64,000 nt of DNA, from contig NC_043016.1 of assembly GCF_006345805.1 (NCBI RefSeq), positions 20,584,001 to 20,648,000 of the forward strand, written 5' to 3'. This document shows, piece after piece, positions 1-12,889 of this stretch. The translations under genes and the position numbers were made by a program. The DNA comes from Octopus sinensis (Eukaryota). A model generated the notes under the pieces. It saw only the letters and a program-made list of their open reading frames with translations. It did not search any database and was not told the origin of the DNA. The number at the start of each line of letters is the position of its first letter. The first letter of the stretch is position 1.

Positions 1-89
1 ATAGCATTGTTGTACTTTGTCTAACATATTTTGTTAAGAGACAGATAATAAATTTCATGGAATATTTTGCTATTTCAAAAGGAACTTAC

Positions 90-171
90 TCTCATCCAAA
101 TTGTCAGCGGCCGTTAATGGTATTTGGTTCCAAAGAAGGGATGCTGCATCTTCTTTTGGTGGATCAGGGAT
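90..171 (-). CDS. MEA1: MEA1-like protein, downstream coding exon (IPDPPKEDAASLLWNQIPLTAADNLDE)
   Basis: Acceptor TGTTTTCAG|ATC and donor GAGA|GTAAGT; 82 nt; in frame with the phase-0 donor at 7719. IPDPP matches the MEA1 LPDPP motif. C-terminal exon(s) lie outside the window. Confidence 0.7.
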
Positions 172-1879
172 CTGAAAACAATTATAATAATCAAAATATA
201 TATGTAGTTTTTCAATACAGTTCAATGAAATAGTTCACATAGAAATGACAAGTGGTTTCAGCTTGATTTAAGATTTGAAACTTTTGGGTAGAACTTGGAA
301 AAAAACAAAATAAAAAAAAAACAGGCTCCATAATATTTAAAACAGATCTAAGGAGTAATCATGAGTAATACCAGTGCTTTTGGCTATGTTAAAGAGCCAA
401 GTAGTGATTTTTTCTCTACAAAAAGCAGAATAATTTTATTCCCATCAATGACCTTCATCAATTCACAATTATATATTTGATTATCCATTGATTATTCATC
501 ATAATTAATTATCCATCAATATATCTTTAATTATTCATCATTATATTTTTAATTATCCATCACTGTAACTTTATCAATCTATCATTATACACTTATTGTT
601 GTGTCATGGGAGGTTCATTATGCCAATAATAATAAACATACACACTGGTTCAATATCACTTATTTATTGTTAGTCAATCATTAATTATCTAACCAACTAA
701 CTAATCGATCTTTATCTAATTTATTGGTTAAACAATCATTTGGTTGAAATTTAAAGGGCTGTCAGTGATACACTTAGGGTAGAGATCAGAGACAATAAAA
801 TTTCATAGATCACTATCATAATTATTTATGTATCCAACGAGGATTAGAGAAAGCAATAAAAATGGGAAGACAGTGAAAGAAAAAGAAAGAAGAAGGATTA
901 TAAGGGAGGATTAGTCTTTGCAAATTCACCAAAGATAACCAAAGCTCAGGCTGGCCTCAAAAGCCCTGTGACCATTCAAGTGCTTTAAATTAGTATATAT
1001 GTTATCACACACACCTACATACACTCATGCAAGTTTAAGCAATATATTATTTTATACATTCTCAAACACATGAATATATAGACCTAAAACTTTTAAATAT
1101 ATATATATATATAAACAACTTATAAACAAGTTGGCAAGCTTTCCTCGATTTCAGCTCTACGTGTTTTTTGTAGCGAATAAATAATATGTGGAAATTGACG
1201 ATTTAAAAGTCTGTTATCACAGCATATTGGCATAGAAATAATTTTCTTTAGCCCTTGTTTATAAGTTGTTTATAATTTTAACCTTAAAGGTATTTTACTA
1301 AGCTGCCACATTTTTTGATGGAATTTTTTTCTGTAAAAAAACTTCATCCTATATTAGTAGTATATATATATATATATATATATACATACACATATATATG
1401 ATACATACATACACATTTACACACACACACATAAATGTGTATACATATATATTATAAACAAACATAGGAATTAAGATGACAGCATTACATTTATTAATCA
1501 GTTATGATCATTTTGAAAATTAGCGGAATCATTATATCAATTACAGTGCTGGACTATGTTAAAACAGAATTATGTAAATCCATATGATATTAAATGAAAG
1601 TCTCATCAACCATCTCTTAAGACTGGTTATAAGGGTAATACTAATGTAAATACCCAAATTTGGTTAAATAAATATAACGAGAGGGAGTGGTTTAGAAGAT
1701 GAGCACAATAAATTAAATAGAAAGTTGTCACACTATCAGAGCAACACTCAAAGGAGAGCTGCAATGAGAGGGATGACAGATGGAAGGGGTGATCTAAGAA
1801 ATGAAATAGGGTGAAGGGCTCATTTGTGCATATATATATATATACACACACACAGTGCTTTTAGAAATCAGTTTCACAG

Positions 1880-2520
1880 AGATGGTCAGGTTTTCTCAAG
1901 AACTTCATATCACCAGTCATCCCAATCTTTTGGCATCTCTTCTGTGAGGTAAACTTTTATCACTTCATTCTATGTCCTCCGGGGGCTTCCTCTTTTGCAC
2001 ACTTCATCCACATTAAGTGATCAGCACTTCTTTATACAACTGTCCTCACCCATATGCAAGCCATGGCCATACCAGCACAGTCTTCTCTCTTGCACAATAT
2101 GTCTGATTCCTCTTATGTCCAGGTTTTCTCTCAGAACATTTTAACTATATCTTCCATGCACACTTACATTGCACATCCAATAAGTGTGCATATTTGCTTC
2201 ATTTCTTCCCAGTCTTCTTAAATCCTCTGTATCCAAGGCCTATATCACATTACTATGTAGCATTGTGGTTCTAACACAACTGTCATACAATCAGCTCTGC
2301 ACTCTATGGGAAAAACTTTTGTTTCTAGCAGCAGTAGTAGCTCCATGAACTTTCTCTAATCTGTTTGTAATTTGGTTAATGTATTTTTGGAGTAACACCC
2401 CTGTGCTAATTACATCTGCTAGGTAGCAAAAGCTTCAACTATTTCTTGTGAGTGATCCAAGCATTCAAATAGACTATTTCCAGTGAGTTCCCTGTAACTA
2501 CGGCTCAAGTGTATCTAGCA
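1880..2520 (-). mobile_element. Decayed RTE-clade LINE 3' fragment
   Basis: Reverse complement resembles the RTE 3' coding region at 5300-7000 (ETW, WYGH-type motifs); many stops. Confidence 0.55.
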
Positions 2521-2563
2521 CATACAAAACTTATGTTCCCTGTTAGTCTGCTCATTATTCCAC

Positions 2564-2912
2564 ACTAGCACTATGACCCGGCAACACTGGGTCAGTGCTA
2601 GTGCATGCATATACAGCTGCGTGCGTGCACACATACACGAGAGTACTGTCCAAATCTCCGACCAATCACATACAGCTAGCTGGCATTCAATTGGCGTATC
2701 AAGTTTCGGGCATTTTGATTGGATTTTGGATAGAAAATTCACCAAAAATCACTTCTATTGATTTTTTTAATGGCTTTGCGGGGTGACTGGGGAAATGTAA
2801 AGATGTGCACGACCACCCTTGGACGGTTTTAAACGACCATAGAAAGTGTGAGCCCTCTAACTGAAAAATTGTGGATTTGTATAAAGGACACACACAGAGA
2901 CATTTTGCCGTT
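2564..2912 (-). mobile_element. Non-autonomous Helitron-like element
   Basis: Terminal GC-rich hairpin with CTAG (2562-2603); the other end resembles the acacacagac motif near the 5' ends of other Helitrons here. Confidence 0.5.
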
Positions 2913-5739
2913 TGTCTTTGGGTTACACTGGGTAGAGAGTATGGAGTTAATATCTACTTTATGCATACTGAGAAAGGCTATTTCTGTGAAGAGACCAGGC
3001 TCCTGTCTTCTTTCCTACTAACTAAAACCTTAGTCCTTGCTAACCCTATCTTAAGGCCTCTTGAACCTAGGTTTAGATTCCATGCTGAGCATTCATTTTC
3101 TCTCATTTATCGTTATCAGCTGTGGTTAAAAAAATACCTGTACTTTCTTCAACCTGTTCTTATGTTGTTTACTTTAGTTTTGCAACAAACACCTACCATA
3201 CTAATAACATCTTTTTGGTAACAAAAGCTATCAACTACTTAAGAGATTCTATTTCAGGTGTGTTCATAGTGTGTACTGCTCTAGCGTATATGTCATGTAT
3301 GAAGCTTTTGTTCTCTGTTAGACTGGCTGCAACTTCATTACATCTCTTACGAGTCCATAGCTTACATTAGGTACTGCACTTGGAGTTTATAACTACTCCT
3401 TCCTTGTAGAGTGAGCAAGATCATTTCCCTCAAGATATCAGGGTCCTGTCTTCTTTATTACTAAAACTTTAGCTTTTGCTAAGTTTTCCCTGAGGTGTCT
3501 AAATTCTGTTTTTCTTTCCTCATATCCTGTGTCTAAAACTTCACTTTTTTCCATGCTATATGTTAAGTGGTAGCAATGTTAAGCAATCATAGTGAAAATG
3601 TGCCTTTTTTCCACCTTTTGTTTTGCTTGGATATTTTATATGGCCTCATGTCTTTGGCATGAGGCAACCATACTGCTTGGTCATATGCAGTGCACCTGAC
3701 CAACCCTCCCCCACTACCTATACAGAATGCTCTCTCTCTCTCTCTCTCTCCCACTTCTATCTAGTGGTCTATCTCCTGATAAATGTGGCAAGTGTGAAGC
3801 AAATGAATGACAGTGAAGTAGATGCAGGTTGAAATTTATTTCAAATTATATACAATATGTTTGGGAAATGTGCATGCAAGCTTTCTTTTCAGATGCAGAA
3901 TGCTGTCCTCCACTCCTGTGTCTCCTTTGGTGCACACCTTCCACACACTTAGAGTCGGCACGTTCCATGTGGGTACATTGAAAGGTAGGTCTGGTGAGAT
4001 TTTTGAGATGCTTGAACAGTGGTGTGTAGATGTGTGTTGCATCCAAGAAGTAACATGGAGGAGGTTCTGCCAAATTTCTCACAGGCAAAGAGTATAGGTA
4101 TAAAATCTTCCGGGTAGGGAACACTGATGGTGTTGGTGGTGTAGGCATACTTCTTGCTGAGAAATTGGTTGATAAGGTAATTGAGATAGTCAGTGTGTGA
4201 TAGAATACTTAGACTAGTTTTTCAAAGTGGAACAGCAACTATTATCTTAGCCTACACCCAACAATGAGGACTACATGATGAACAAAAAGGCCAATTTTAT
4301 GACACCGTTGACAAATGACAGAGAGGTTCTCTTTGTGGCTGGTGACTTCAATGGCATGCATGGTGGCAATGGATTCAGTTTTGGCAATGTGGAGGGAACC
4401 AGGTTGCTGGAGTTTTGTGATGCAAATGACCTTATGATCTGCAACTTCAGGAAACTTTAGCCAGATTGACTACATTCTTACCAGAAAATAGGAAGGAAGA
4501 CTGCTTATAAATGCTAAAATTTTCCCAGGTGAAGAATGTACCCCTCAACACAAGTTAGTCACTAGCAACTTCAGAATCAGGACTAAAAGATAACCTAGAA
4601 GACAACCAGTGTGGAAAAGAAAGATCTTGAAGCTTAAGGATCCTCTGAATGGTCAGAGATTTAGATAAGTGTTACTTGAAGTATTTGATGAAAAAGAGGA
4701 GGATATAGTGACATATAATGTGGAAGACAACTGAAGGTTCCTGCAAGAGAACCTGTTGAGGGCCACAGATCAAATTTGTTGCTGATGCAAAGTCCCTTCT
4801 TGACCTAAGGTGATATTGTGGTGGAATAGTGTGGCTGACAGGGCTATTAGAGAAAAGAAAGACTGGAAGCATGGCAGTAGCAGGTCCAACAGGAATCACC
4901 ACCAAGTGGTAAGTGAGATCTGTGCAAACCATGTACAGGGATGCTGCTAGTAAGGTGAAGGTTGGCTATGAGTATAGCAATGTACAGGAAGGAGTTTACC
5001 AAGGTTCAGTTCTCAGTCCCTTTTCATTTATCCTAGTCCTCCAGGTCTTAGCAGAGGAATTCAAGACCAGCTGGCCCTGAGAGCTCCTCTACACTGATGA
5101 CCTTGTTCTTATAGCTGAATCACTACCTGACCTAGAGAAGAATTTTCAGGTGTGGAAGCAAGGCCTGGAATCTAAGGGCCTAAGAGTTAATTTAGGAAAA
5201 AACTAAAGTTCTAGAAAGTAGGAAAACAGACAAATCATGAGCCCCTTCTGGGAGATCGTCCTGCTTGAAATGTTAGGAGCGTGTTGGTATAAATTCCATA
5301 CACTGTATTCAGTGCAAATTTTGGACACATAAGAGGTGTAGCAGTATCACAGGAAGGTTAATGGTGAATACAGTCTATGTGTGTGGCAAATGTGCAGGTA
5401 CAATAAGCACTAAAAATATGCAGACAATAGACTCCATCAAATCCTTGTAGAGATCATTAGAAGTAGTAGATAGCTTCTGTTGCATGGAAGACCAAATTAG
5501 TAGTAGAAGAGGAAGTTTTGAAAGTGTCGGTGCTAAAATCAGAATGAGCTGGGCAAAGTTCAAAGGGCTTCTACCTTTGTTGGTAACTAAAGGCCTCTCC
5601 TCTAGAGTGAAAGGCAGATTGTATGATGTGTATGTGCAGCTATGTTACATGGCAGTGAAACATGGGCTTTGACTACAGGGAACTTGCGAAGACTTGAAAG
5701 AAATGAAGCTAGCATGTGTCGCAAGTTGAGTAATGTTAA

Positions 5740-6347
5740 TATAGCTATGGTAAGACCTCACCTGGAATTTGCATCACCGGTCTGGAACCCCTATCTTGCC
5801 CAGGATATCAATCGTCTAGAAGCTGTTCAGCGACGTGCAACCAAAAGAATACCCTCCATCAGGCATTTGCCATATCCTGAACGCCTTACTTCCCTGGGCA
5901 TGGACACATTGAAACTCCGACGTCTGGCAGCTGACTTGGCAGACACCATAAAATTATCAACCATCGTACAAACAATAACTCTGAGCACCTTTTCAAACTC
6001 CACCCATCTAACACCCGTGGACATATTTACAAAGTAAGAAAACAGCACAGCTCCCATGACTTCAGGAAACATTTTTTCACGCTGAAAGTTGCTGAAGCAT
6101 GGAACAAACTGCCGGCATCAGTTGTTAGTTGTCGGAGCACTGCATCCTTCAAAACTTCCATGCTTCCTGAGATTCGCCAACACTACACTTGATTTCTCCC
6201 CTCCATACACACACAGGCATGTATCTGACTCATACATTGTTCGCTTTCCAGACATTTCTACATTACTGCATGTACTTTATATGCACTTTCTGACAAGTTG
6301 TGGTGCACCTGAGCACTGTATACAATAATTTCATTATTATTATTATA
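5740..6347 (+). mobile_element. 5'-truncated CR1/L2-type LINE inserted in the RTE
   Basis: MVRPHLEFASPVWNPY...LEAVQRRATK...WNKLP, followed by an (ATT)n tail. Confidence 0.85.
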
Positions 6348-6405
6348 AGATGGAGTGTAAATGATTTAAGAAGGAAACTGGGTATAAGAGGCATCAGATG
6401 TTGTG

Positions 6406-6812
6406 GGATCTTTTCGGTTTGAATGGCAGTTTTTTCTAGCAGTGTCATATGAAGTTGTCACCCATAATTATGACCCTAGTATTGATCTATTGCATTTCAA
6501 TGTTTTAGGGTTAGGGGTGGGGGGAAGGGTATCTTTTTTTCTTCACAAATGTAAATAAACCCAATCTGTTTCTTAAATGAGGGACATATTCATACGGCAC
6601 AGAATGTTTTCACCTCAATAGACGTCATTGATTGGTTGAAATTACAGAAATTGAAGAAAAAACAACAAATATCATACAAACTATAGAATTTTCTCAATAA
6701 AGCTAAGAGAAAAAGATGTTTTATAAACACATTCTCCCAGTATACGAAGTTTAAAAGTGTTTAGTTACGTGGAAATTATTTAAAAAAACTGCCGTTCAAA
6801 CCGAAAAGATCC
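6406..6812. mobile_element. MULE-type MITE, family A
   Basis: TIR GGATCTTTTCGGTTTGAAYGGCAGTTTTT; 9-bp TSD GATGTTGTG; internal TTAGGG repeats. Confidence 0.9.
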
Positions 6813-7719
6813 GATGTTGTGTGCAAGGGAGAAGACTGCACTGGTTAGGTCATGTGATGCATATGGATGAGAGCATGTACATAAAAAGTGCCAAGCTCTA
6901 ATTGTAGAGGGTACCTGTGGAAGGGGTAGACCCAGGAAGATGTGAGACAAAGTGATGAGAAAGGATCTTCAGATGCTGAACGTTACTGAAGAAATGACAA
7001 GGGACCAAGAGATGTAGTTATTTGCTGTACTTGAGAAGACGCGTCAAGCTAAGTAAAATTGCTGTCATCCATACATACAGGCTTGTCTTTTACAGATGCT
7101 GGTGATTCATAAAATGCACTCGTGCCAGTGCTGCGCATACGCACTCGTGCTGGTGACACATAAAGAGCACCAGCACACTCTGTAAAGTGGTTGGCTTTAG
7201 GAAGGGCCTCCAGCCATAGAAACCATGCCACAACAGACAGTTGGAGTCTGGATAACTCCTGTCAAAACCATCCAATGCATGCCAGCATGGAAAACAGAGG
7301 TTAAATGATGATGATGATGATGATAATGAGGTTGGAGTACTGCAAAAAAAAAAAAAAATGTGGTGACTCATCACCACAAACTGAAATGAATATTCAAGTC
7401 TTAATATGAAAAAGAAAACAGCCACACAAAATTATGTGATATATGTGAAAAGAATAGCTACAGTAGAAAACTGAAGCTACACTGCACATTTGAGTCACAA
7501 ACTGAGCGTTGCTGGAGTTCTAGAATAATGTTCTGTATGATTTACTGTAATCAGATCAGTATCACAAGAAACAACTTCAAATATTACCATTGTCTGCTTT
7601 GCTTTCAAGACTGATAAATTAAGGATGACAATGTTTCAGTTGGGTGAACTTCAGTTTATAGAAATCAAAGCTAAATGGAAATAAAAACGAAATTAAAGCA
7701 ATAATATAGTTTAACTTAC

Positions 7720-8031
7720 TGATAATGGTAGTGCACCAGTTTCATCTATTCCTGCACTGAGACTGGAGACAGGGTCATTAGAATTTATTGTTTGAGGCAA
7801 TTCTTCCATGTCTTCAGAAATGTCTCGCGGATGCTGTGCCTCCAGGATCTCAGGATCCTGTGGTAACAGCTCATAACCAGCATATTCTCCATCCAATTCA
7901 CTCTCAGGATCACTTTCAGAGCTGGTTAGCGAAATAACAAAATCTGGAAGGTTCTCGTCATTTTCTACATTGTTGCTATCAGGGTGGTCATCAACGGGTT
8001 TCTCACGGTCTTCTTTAGGAACCGGAGACAT
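7720..8031 (-). CDS. MEA1: MEA1-like protein, first coding exon (MSPVPKEDREK...GYELLPQDPE...GALPLS)
   Basis: Acceptor TTTCATTCCCCAG|AACCATG (exon starts at 8035, ATG at 8031); phase-0 donor TCA|GTAAGT at 7719. The acidic protein has GYELLPQDPE, which resembles the MEA1 GYxYQPLNQDPE motif as recalled. Confidence 0.72.
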
Positions 8032-8709
8032 GGTTCTGGGGAATGAAATCAACATGCATTAAGCAGATGCTTCTAATTATGTTAATCCAAAAAAAGAAAA
8101 AAGAAAAAAAATGGATGGTGATAATCATAATTTATGAAGTCTGATGTAACTGTTCATAAAGGTAAATAAGCAATAAGAATTGCATGATACAATTTGTAAT
8201 AGAGACTGGCTCTGTTTGTTGAATTGAACAATATTTTGACAGCCTAAAACTTTCATATGTAATCATTTTCTCAACACACTCTCAAACTTTAATTATAAAT
8301 TAACAACCTAATTAATTCCTTTTGAACTACCATAAGAAAATTTATGGTATTTATAGGTGGTTTCAATCTCACAGTCACAGTAAGAAAATAAGAACTGTTT
8401 TCTTCAAAACAGTAGTTGAAAAAAAAAAGATAAACTCGAGATTCTGCTAGATATAGTCAAATGAATGATATAAAAATTTAATGATATATCTTAAAATAGT
8501 GTACCATTTAATTATATTAACCCCACCTCTCAGTAGCTAAGAGGGATTAGCTATATTGTTTAAATACCACCTTCTCTCAGTGGTGTAACATACCTTCAAT
8601 TACATATATAAAGTGGCCACTATGTGTGGTTTGCATGTTCCATATTACACCACCATCCTCTATATTTCCATCACAATCTTTCTTACACTATATATATATA
8701 TATATATAT

Positions 8710-9040
8710 TGGTAAAAACGGTAAGATAAAAGAAAGAAAGAGACCTCAATATTATGTAAATAGAGGAATTTATCTGTAAATATATATGACAATTATTCTG
8801 TAGGCAAGATAAAACTCTGAGTTTCGGATGCCGAGGTGGAAATCCACACCACCATCTCTTCAGTTATCCGGCCATCTGAAAAACGCAATGAAATAACAAA
8901 ATCTGGAAGGTTCTCGTCATTTTCTACATTTTCAGATGGCCGGATAACTGAAGAGATGGTGTTGTGGATTTCCACCTCGGCATCCGAAACTCAGAGTTTT
9001 ATCTTGGCTACAGAATAATTGTCACATATTATATTTACAG
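8710..9040. mobile_element. Penelope-like element end in fold-back arrangement, between (TA)n tracts
   Basis: ~110-bp inverted arms (8774-8882 and 8929-9040), homologous to 16413-16490, which lies downstream of a GIY-YIG ORF. Confidence 0.8.
8939..9008 (+). ncRNA. Minimal type-I hammerhead ribozyme motif (mirror copy on the minus strand at ~8803-8872)
   Basis: GCCGGATAA-CUGAAGA-[stem II]-GAAA-CUC A GAG-UU-UUAUCUUGGC; palindromic stem III; GUU cleavage triplet. Confidence 0.65.
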
Positions 9041-9936
9041 GTATATATATATATATATTTCTAATCATTAGAAATGATGATGTTAGAGAATTGTTATTTC
9101 GAAGCATTGTAATATAGAAAATATGAACAATTATAACAGATAGCCGTTCAGTGAAATTATTTTTATTAAATGAAAGATTCGTTATGCATTCAAATACGAT
9201 GGAGATTCAGCTATTTATTATTCAAGGAGAATAGTGATAATTAGCTGAATCTCCATTGATTAAAGCTAATATTCTATTAGTTCTGTAATAATCAACCAGA
9301 GCACTTTTATCAAGATAAACTTAGTGAATTAATCATCAATCTTTAATGGAGTTAACTTCAAAATAATATAACACAGTAAATTATTTTTTGGAATAGGGTT
9401 GGTGGCTGTTCTTCAAATATGTTTTGCTAGGGTCAAAAATTCTGCTTAGCGCCAGCTATCTGCCCATGTACAAGCATGTTCTGCTACTATCAACATTTAT
9501 GAACAAGGTTGTCTAAGTTTAATGACATCTTTGGAAAAGAAGTACCTTTAACCATTCTTTAATTTACAGTATCATTCTGCTACTCACCCTCAGTGATTGA
9601 CAGATTGTTGTCCCACCCACTTTGCATTTCTTAGATGTTAGTAACTCTGATGACAATAATTGACAAAGATAGTGTGATTTTGTTTAGAAATTTTACTTGT
9701 TGATGATCTATTAATTAATCAACATATCACTCCTTGCTTGTTTATTTGGTTAGCCTGATGAGTTGGGAATTGTGTAATATATCATGTAATCTTATGGATG
9801 TTGTGCATACTGCATACCTGACAGTACTACGCTTACATTCAAAGTAAAGTTTCTTAAAGAGTCAATTGTTGCAATACCAGACAATCCATTTATCTGTGTT
9901 TATTATACAAACAGATAAATATATACACCCAGAGAA

Positions 9937-9967
<31 letters not shown>

Positions 9968-10004
9968 TATATATATATATATATATTATCTCCCCCTGGG
10001 CCCT

Positions 10005-10196
10005 GCGCCAGTGGCACGTAAAAGCACCCACTACACTCTCAGAGTGGTTGGCGTTAGGAAGGGCATCCAGCTGTAGAAACTCTGCCAGATCAAGATTGGT
10101 ACCTGGTGCAGCCATCTGGTTCGCCAGCCCTCAGTTGAAATCGTCCAACGCATGCTAGCATGGAAAGCGGATGTTAAACGATGATGATGATGATGA
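10005..10196 (+). mobile_element. RTE-related 3' tail repeat
   Basis: GGCGTTAGGAAGGGCATCCAGCTGTAGAAAC...(GAT)n, homologous to 7150-7325. Confidence 0.75.
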
Positions 10197-10570
10197 TATA
10201 TATTTGTTTTGCAATTTATACAAATGTATCTTTCTCATTTCAAGTCTTATCAGTTACATTGCTTAAACTTTGATGGCTATTTATTTGTGATCAAAGAAGA
10301 CCAAAACTGATTATTAAGAACATTGTGTACTCAAATGTATACTTTACACCTGCGGTTCCACTGGTGACTGATAAGCCAGCCATTGATAAATGTACATGTC
10401 TGCAGATATTGCAGACCAAGCTGCCCCTATTCACTATACTAACATTGGATTTTTGAGCAGCTCACTTAAATTCTGCACAAAAAATGAGAGTTCTTTTCGA
10501 AAACAATCACTCCTTTCTTTACATGTTTCCTTCATTGGTGGTGATGACAAGCATTGCTTTCCCAATTCAA

Positions 10571-10780
10571 CATCATCATCGTTTAATGTCCGCTTTCCAT
10601 GTTAGCATGGCTTGGACGGTTCGACCAGGGTCTGGGAAGCCAGGAGGCTGCACCAGGCCCAGTCTGATCTGGCAGTGTTTCTACAACTGGATGCCCTTCC
10701 TAATGTCAACCACTCCGTGAGTGTAGTGGGTGCTTTTTACGTGCCAGGCGAGGCTGGCAACAGCCACGATCGGTTGGTGC
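10571..10780 (-). mobile_element. RTE-related 3' tail repeat, inverted
   Basis: Reverse complement of the 10005-10196 family. Confidence 0.75.
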
Positions 10781-12455
10781 TTAAGGACATTACACAATAC
10801 TTAATTTGTGTTCTTTGTTTCTACATGGGATTCTTTCCACAAACAAGTTTGCCATATAACATCTACTTTGGGATCCTTTGATTATTCTCCTGAACAATGC
10901 ATCCAGTCTAACATAAATAGCACTTGTGCAGCATTGCTTTCATGCTCAGGACATCAGCTCCCCTTAGTATCTTTGTGTATGGAGTCTGCATAGACCAACG
11001 AATATTCAAAATGTGTCTGAGACATCTTTGACCGAAGAATTCAAGAACCTCTACATATGCCTGTAAAGAGCCCATGTTTCATATGAGTAAAGAAGTGCAT
11101 CAGCACACATGTATAACACTCAGCAACTTTTGTTCAACTTGTGATGCTATGTTGGGACCAGATCTGAGAGTTAAGAGCACTGAAGGAATCAGTTACCTTA
11201 TGAAGCCTTAAAAATATTGGGGTGGCCAAAAAGTCTGTTCGTTTTTTATTTTTTAGGTGAAAATCAAAACAAAGTAAACAATTGTGAAAAATGTAATGGT
11301 CAAATAGCTTTCAGGGGCATTAATGTGGAATACAAATTGCAGCATAACTACAAAATTCTGCCCAGAGCGACTTTGTTTCACCAAACTTTTCTTAAAAATG
11401 CATATATTTATGGAAAATTTCTAGACATTTTAGATTATGTAGAAATAAGATAATTTTTTTATGTAGTGTTTCAGATAATTCTCCGCCTCTAATCTTGATA
11501 AAAGTTTTTGGAAACGTGTTTAAATATTTTATCTCTAACGTAAATCACAACCTCTTGACATTTGTTGCCCCACCCCCTGTGCTCACACCGACCCCCAAAT
11601 TACGCTCAAAATACAACAGTTGCCGACAAAGATACTTATATAGTACAAGAAATTGAAAGGGAACGAACATTACAAGTTGCCCTTCATCTGGGTGGAAAGA
11701 GGTGCCCCATTGAGGACGTTGTGAGCAAACAAGGCGGTGGCATCAATGTAGTGCTATGGAGGGCGCAGGGTGTTTGCAAAGGTCGTGATTTATGTTAGAA
11801 AGGAAATACTTAAATCAGGATCAAAACATATTTTAAACACATAAAAAAAATCTTTACTAAGATTAGAAGAGTAGGATACTGTCAGTAGAAATGATGTATC
11901 AAGGTCCAGTATAATTTCACTTTATAATTCTTTATCGTATTTAGTAATTTCCCAAACAAATTAACATAAGGTTTATTTTTAACGCAAATACCCATAAGAA
12001 AGGGACAAGTTGGAAGGGGTAGCGTAACAAAAATATGGATAGTAAACAAAATCAGCTGTTTGATAAAGTTATTCTAATCTGGGGTTGGGGCATTAGTAGA
12101 ATGTCATTCAGTTCAAGGGGGGCACCGAGCTACAAATGGTTGAGAATTACTGCATTAAACTAAATATAAGTTATTTGCTAAATTAACATGTTCTCTAAAA
12201 AGCGATGTGAAGTAGGATGAGGGAGATTTCATTGTATAATAACGATGTTGATATTAATTTTTAAAGAGTTAACTGCAAGGAAAAACTAAACGATAGATTG
12301 TTACATTTATTCCTGTTCAAAAACAAATGAAATGTAACTTCACAGTGGATGTGGTAAAGAAGTAAATAAACGTGGTAAAATACAATGAAATATTCAATAA
12401 AAGCATGCGAATCGTTGATAGAAACAGAAATAGAAAGATTGTGTTAATGCCTCAC

Positions 12456-12700
12456 CTACTAAGCTACTAGTCAAGGTAAAATATGAAAGCAATCGTCCTG
12501 CATAGATCGAACATTTAATAAAAAGTCTGTTGATAAATTGTTTCCATCTACTACTGTAATAATCTCCCCTTCGATGGTTTAAGAAAATTAAGATTTACTT
12601 CCCTTGTACAACTCTTCTTTCAGCAAAATATAAAACTGAATTCATTAAGCTTGCGAAAGTTCCACTGCTCAGTACGACATATTGGAAACCTTAAAAAAAA
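12456..12700 (-). other. Probable non-coding first exon (5'UTR) of the MEA1-like gene; 5' limit uncertain
   Basis: Strong donor GTAG|GTGAGG at 12455. The coding exon starts with an acceptor 4 nt before the ATG, so an upstream exon is required. Confidence 0.45.
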
Positions 12701-12705
12701 ATCAT

Positions 12706-12889
12706 GGCGATCCTTCGGTATAGGTACCGGAAGTACAAGAAGTGGCTTTGTTTACATTTCTGAAGATAACAGAAACCCTTTTCTCCCACACCTAACCCTA
12801 ACACAAACCCTAACTCCTCATATATTTAAAAAAAAAAAACTTTCTTGAAATGTATCCGGTTCTTCCGGTACCTATACCGAAGTTACGCC
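12706..12889. mobile_element. MULE-type MITE, family B
   Basis: TIR GGCG...CTTCGGTATAGGTACCGGAAG; 9-bp TSD AAAAATCAT; internal CCCTAA repeats. Confidence 0.85.

Larger units (their letters stand above)
3945..7325 (+). mobile_element. Decayed RTE-clade LINE (APE endonuclease and RT remnants, (GAT)n tail) with nested insertions
   Basis: LRVGTFHVGTL...CCIQE and AGDFNG (APE); QGSVLSP and YTDDL (RT); LHGSETW; (GAT)n tail near 7305-7325. Confidence 0.85.

Noticed and set aside
455-595. Degenerate ~20-bp TTATCCATCAAT minisatellite
   Set aside because: Ordinary low-complexity intronic repeat.
8032-8055. Upstream ATG extending MEA1 (MLISFPRT)
   Set aside because: It overlaps a polypyrimidine tract and CAG acceptor, so it is most likely intronic.
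8890-8930. Captured snippet as an editing-complementary sequence for the exon
   Set aside because: It has the same orientation as the exon, so it cannot pair with it in the pre-mRNA.
8793-9018. Two 60-aa ORFs sharing NVENDENLPDFVISL with MEA1, read as a paralogue or alternative exon
   Set aside because: They are by-products of the hairpin plus the captured 41-mer, and no convincing splice sites flank them.
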